Assembly (NCBI RefSeq): GCF_006345805.1
Contig: NC_043014.1
Coordinates: 48,174,001-48,238,000 of the forward strand
Reading direction: 5' to 3'
Length of the DNA: 64,000 bases
DNA from: Octopus sinensis
Taxonomy: Eukaryota
The notes below the pieces were generated by a model that saw nothing but the letters and a program-made list of their open reading frames with translations, was not told the origin of the DNA and ran no database searches. Below are positions 62,918 through 64,000 of this stretch, piece after piece (the first letter of the stretch is position 1; every line of letters begins with the position of its first letter). Position numbers and translations under genes: made by a program.

Positions 62918-62920
<3 letters not shown>
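62688..62920. repeat. Fold-back inverted repeat (~108 bp arms, 17 nt loop)
   Basis: 62688-62795 pairs with 62813-62920 with about 2 mismatches. Confidence 0.92.
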
Positions 62921-62948
<28 letters not shown>

Positions 62949-63429
62949 AAACACACACGCACATATATATATATTATAGCCTCAGTTTTGTGAGTGGGTT
63001 TTGTAGTCGGAAACTGAAAGGAGTCTGTGTGATATATATATATATTTTTGTTTGTGTGTGTGTGTTTATACCCCCACCATTGATTGGCAACTGATGTTGT
63101 GGTGTTTACATTCCCATAGATTCAGCAAAATACACTGTTAGAATAAGTACTAGGATTACATAGGATAAACCCTGTTGTTGGTTTTTTTCCAGCATGGCCG
63201 CAGTCACATGACTGAAACAAGTAAAACAATAAAATATGCCATTTTAATCCCGAGCAAGGCCGTGTATCTCTGCTAGTTTGAAATCAATTATTTTCTTTTT
63301 TCCATATTCTTAATCTCCATATTTTTCCACGTAGATTGAAAGAAAAAAAAAAATTCGAAAACAAGTTAACATTTAAAAATTTGGGGTGGGGAGGTGGTAA
63401 TTGAAAATTTTGAAAACTTGGTTTTGGGC

Positions 63430-63894
63430 ATATTCTTTGTCAGCGTCCAACCACTGAGCTGAGCATCGCCAGTTGTCGTAAAGAATCCACTTTTCATTGC
63501 AAGTCACAATCCAGTCGAGACGACGCTTCAAAATGGCTTTTTTTTTGGTTGTCATTCAATTCGTGCCGCACCCATTTCTCAAGTATTTTTGCTTTTCCGA
63601 TTTCTTTCAAGTGGTTGGAAATTGTCATATACATTATGTCTAATTCAGAAGCAACCTCTTGAACAGTTGTGCATGGATTGGCTTTGACTAAGGCTCTTAG
63701 TTGATCCTACCACTATGCTTATCATCTTCAAGACTCTCGTCACCGCTACAAAATTCCTTGAACCACAATTGTGCTGTACATTCATTAGTGGTTCCTGGGC
63801 CAAATGCTTCATTGATATCGCGAGCTGTTTCAATAGATTTTTGGCCTAGCTTGAACTGGAATAAGAAAATTGTGCGAATTTGCTTTTTGTCCAT
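63430..63894 (-). mobile_element. Degenerate mariner (Tc1/mariner) transposase fragment
   Basis: IFLFQFKLG...TARDINEAFG...WFKEF.SGDESLED..HSGR HTH region and IVTC(N)EKWILYDN...QWLD catalytic-region motif; frameshifted, first catalytic Asp replaced by Asn. Confidence 0.88.
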
Positions 63895-64000
63895 GTTGTA
63901 TTCAACGTTCCGAAAAAATGGCCAAATTATTCAAAAAGAAAAAGAGTAACATGATAAGATAGAGCAAAAAACAGGCTTTAAAATGATATCCAAAATCAAA

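Overview
AT-rich, microsatellite- and repeat-dense animal genomic DNA; the SINE/LINE repertoire looks like octopus (coleoid cephalopod), which is an inference from recalled repeat sequences. Three spliced protein-coding genes were reconstructed by hand from GT-AG sites and phase continuity: ATP23 (minus strand, first two coding exons, runs off the left edge), MRPL17 (plus strand, 4 exons, 206 aa, head-to-head with ATP23) and GPS2 (minus strand, 10 coding exons over about 30 kb, 402 aa). Introns and intergenic DNA hold a 5'-truncated, disrupted RTE-type LINE with a PHD-like Cys/His insert, many copies of its 3' UTR, CR1-like fragments, two tRNA-like SINE families, TTAA (piggyBac-type) MITEs, GG-ended MITEs, non-autonomous Helitrons, a degenerate mariner transposase and a 70-bp minisatellite. 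The most unusual signals are (i) at least seven long, near-perfect fold-back inverted repeats, two of which have arms sharing locus-private variants and one of which carries a minimal hammerhead-ribozyme-like core, (ii) an orphan exon-like ORF antisense inside GPS2 intron 6, and (iii) a TIR element flanked by a 15-19 bp direct repeat. Most short ORFs in the supplied track are repeat-derived noise. Repeat boundaries are approximate unless termini are quoted.
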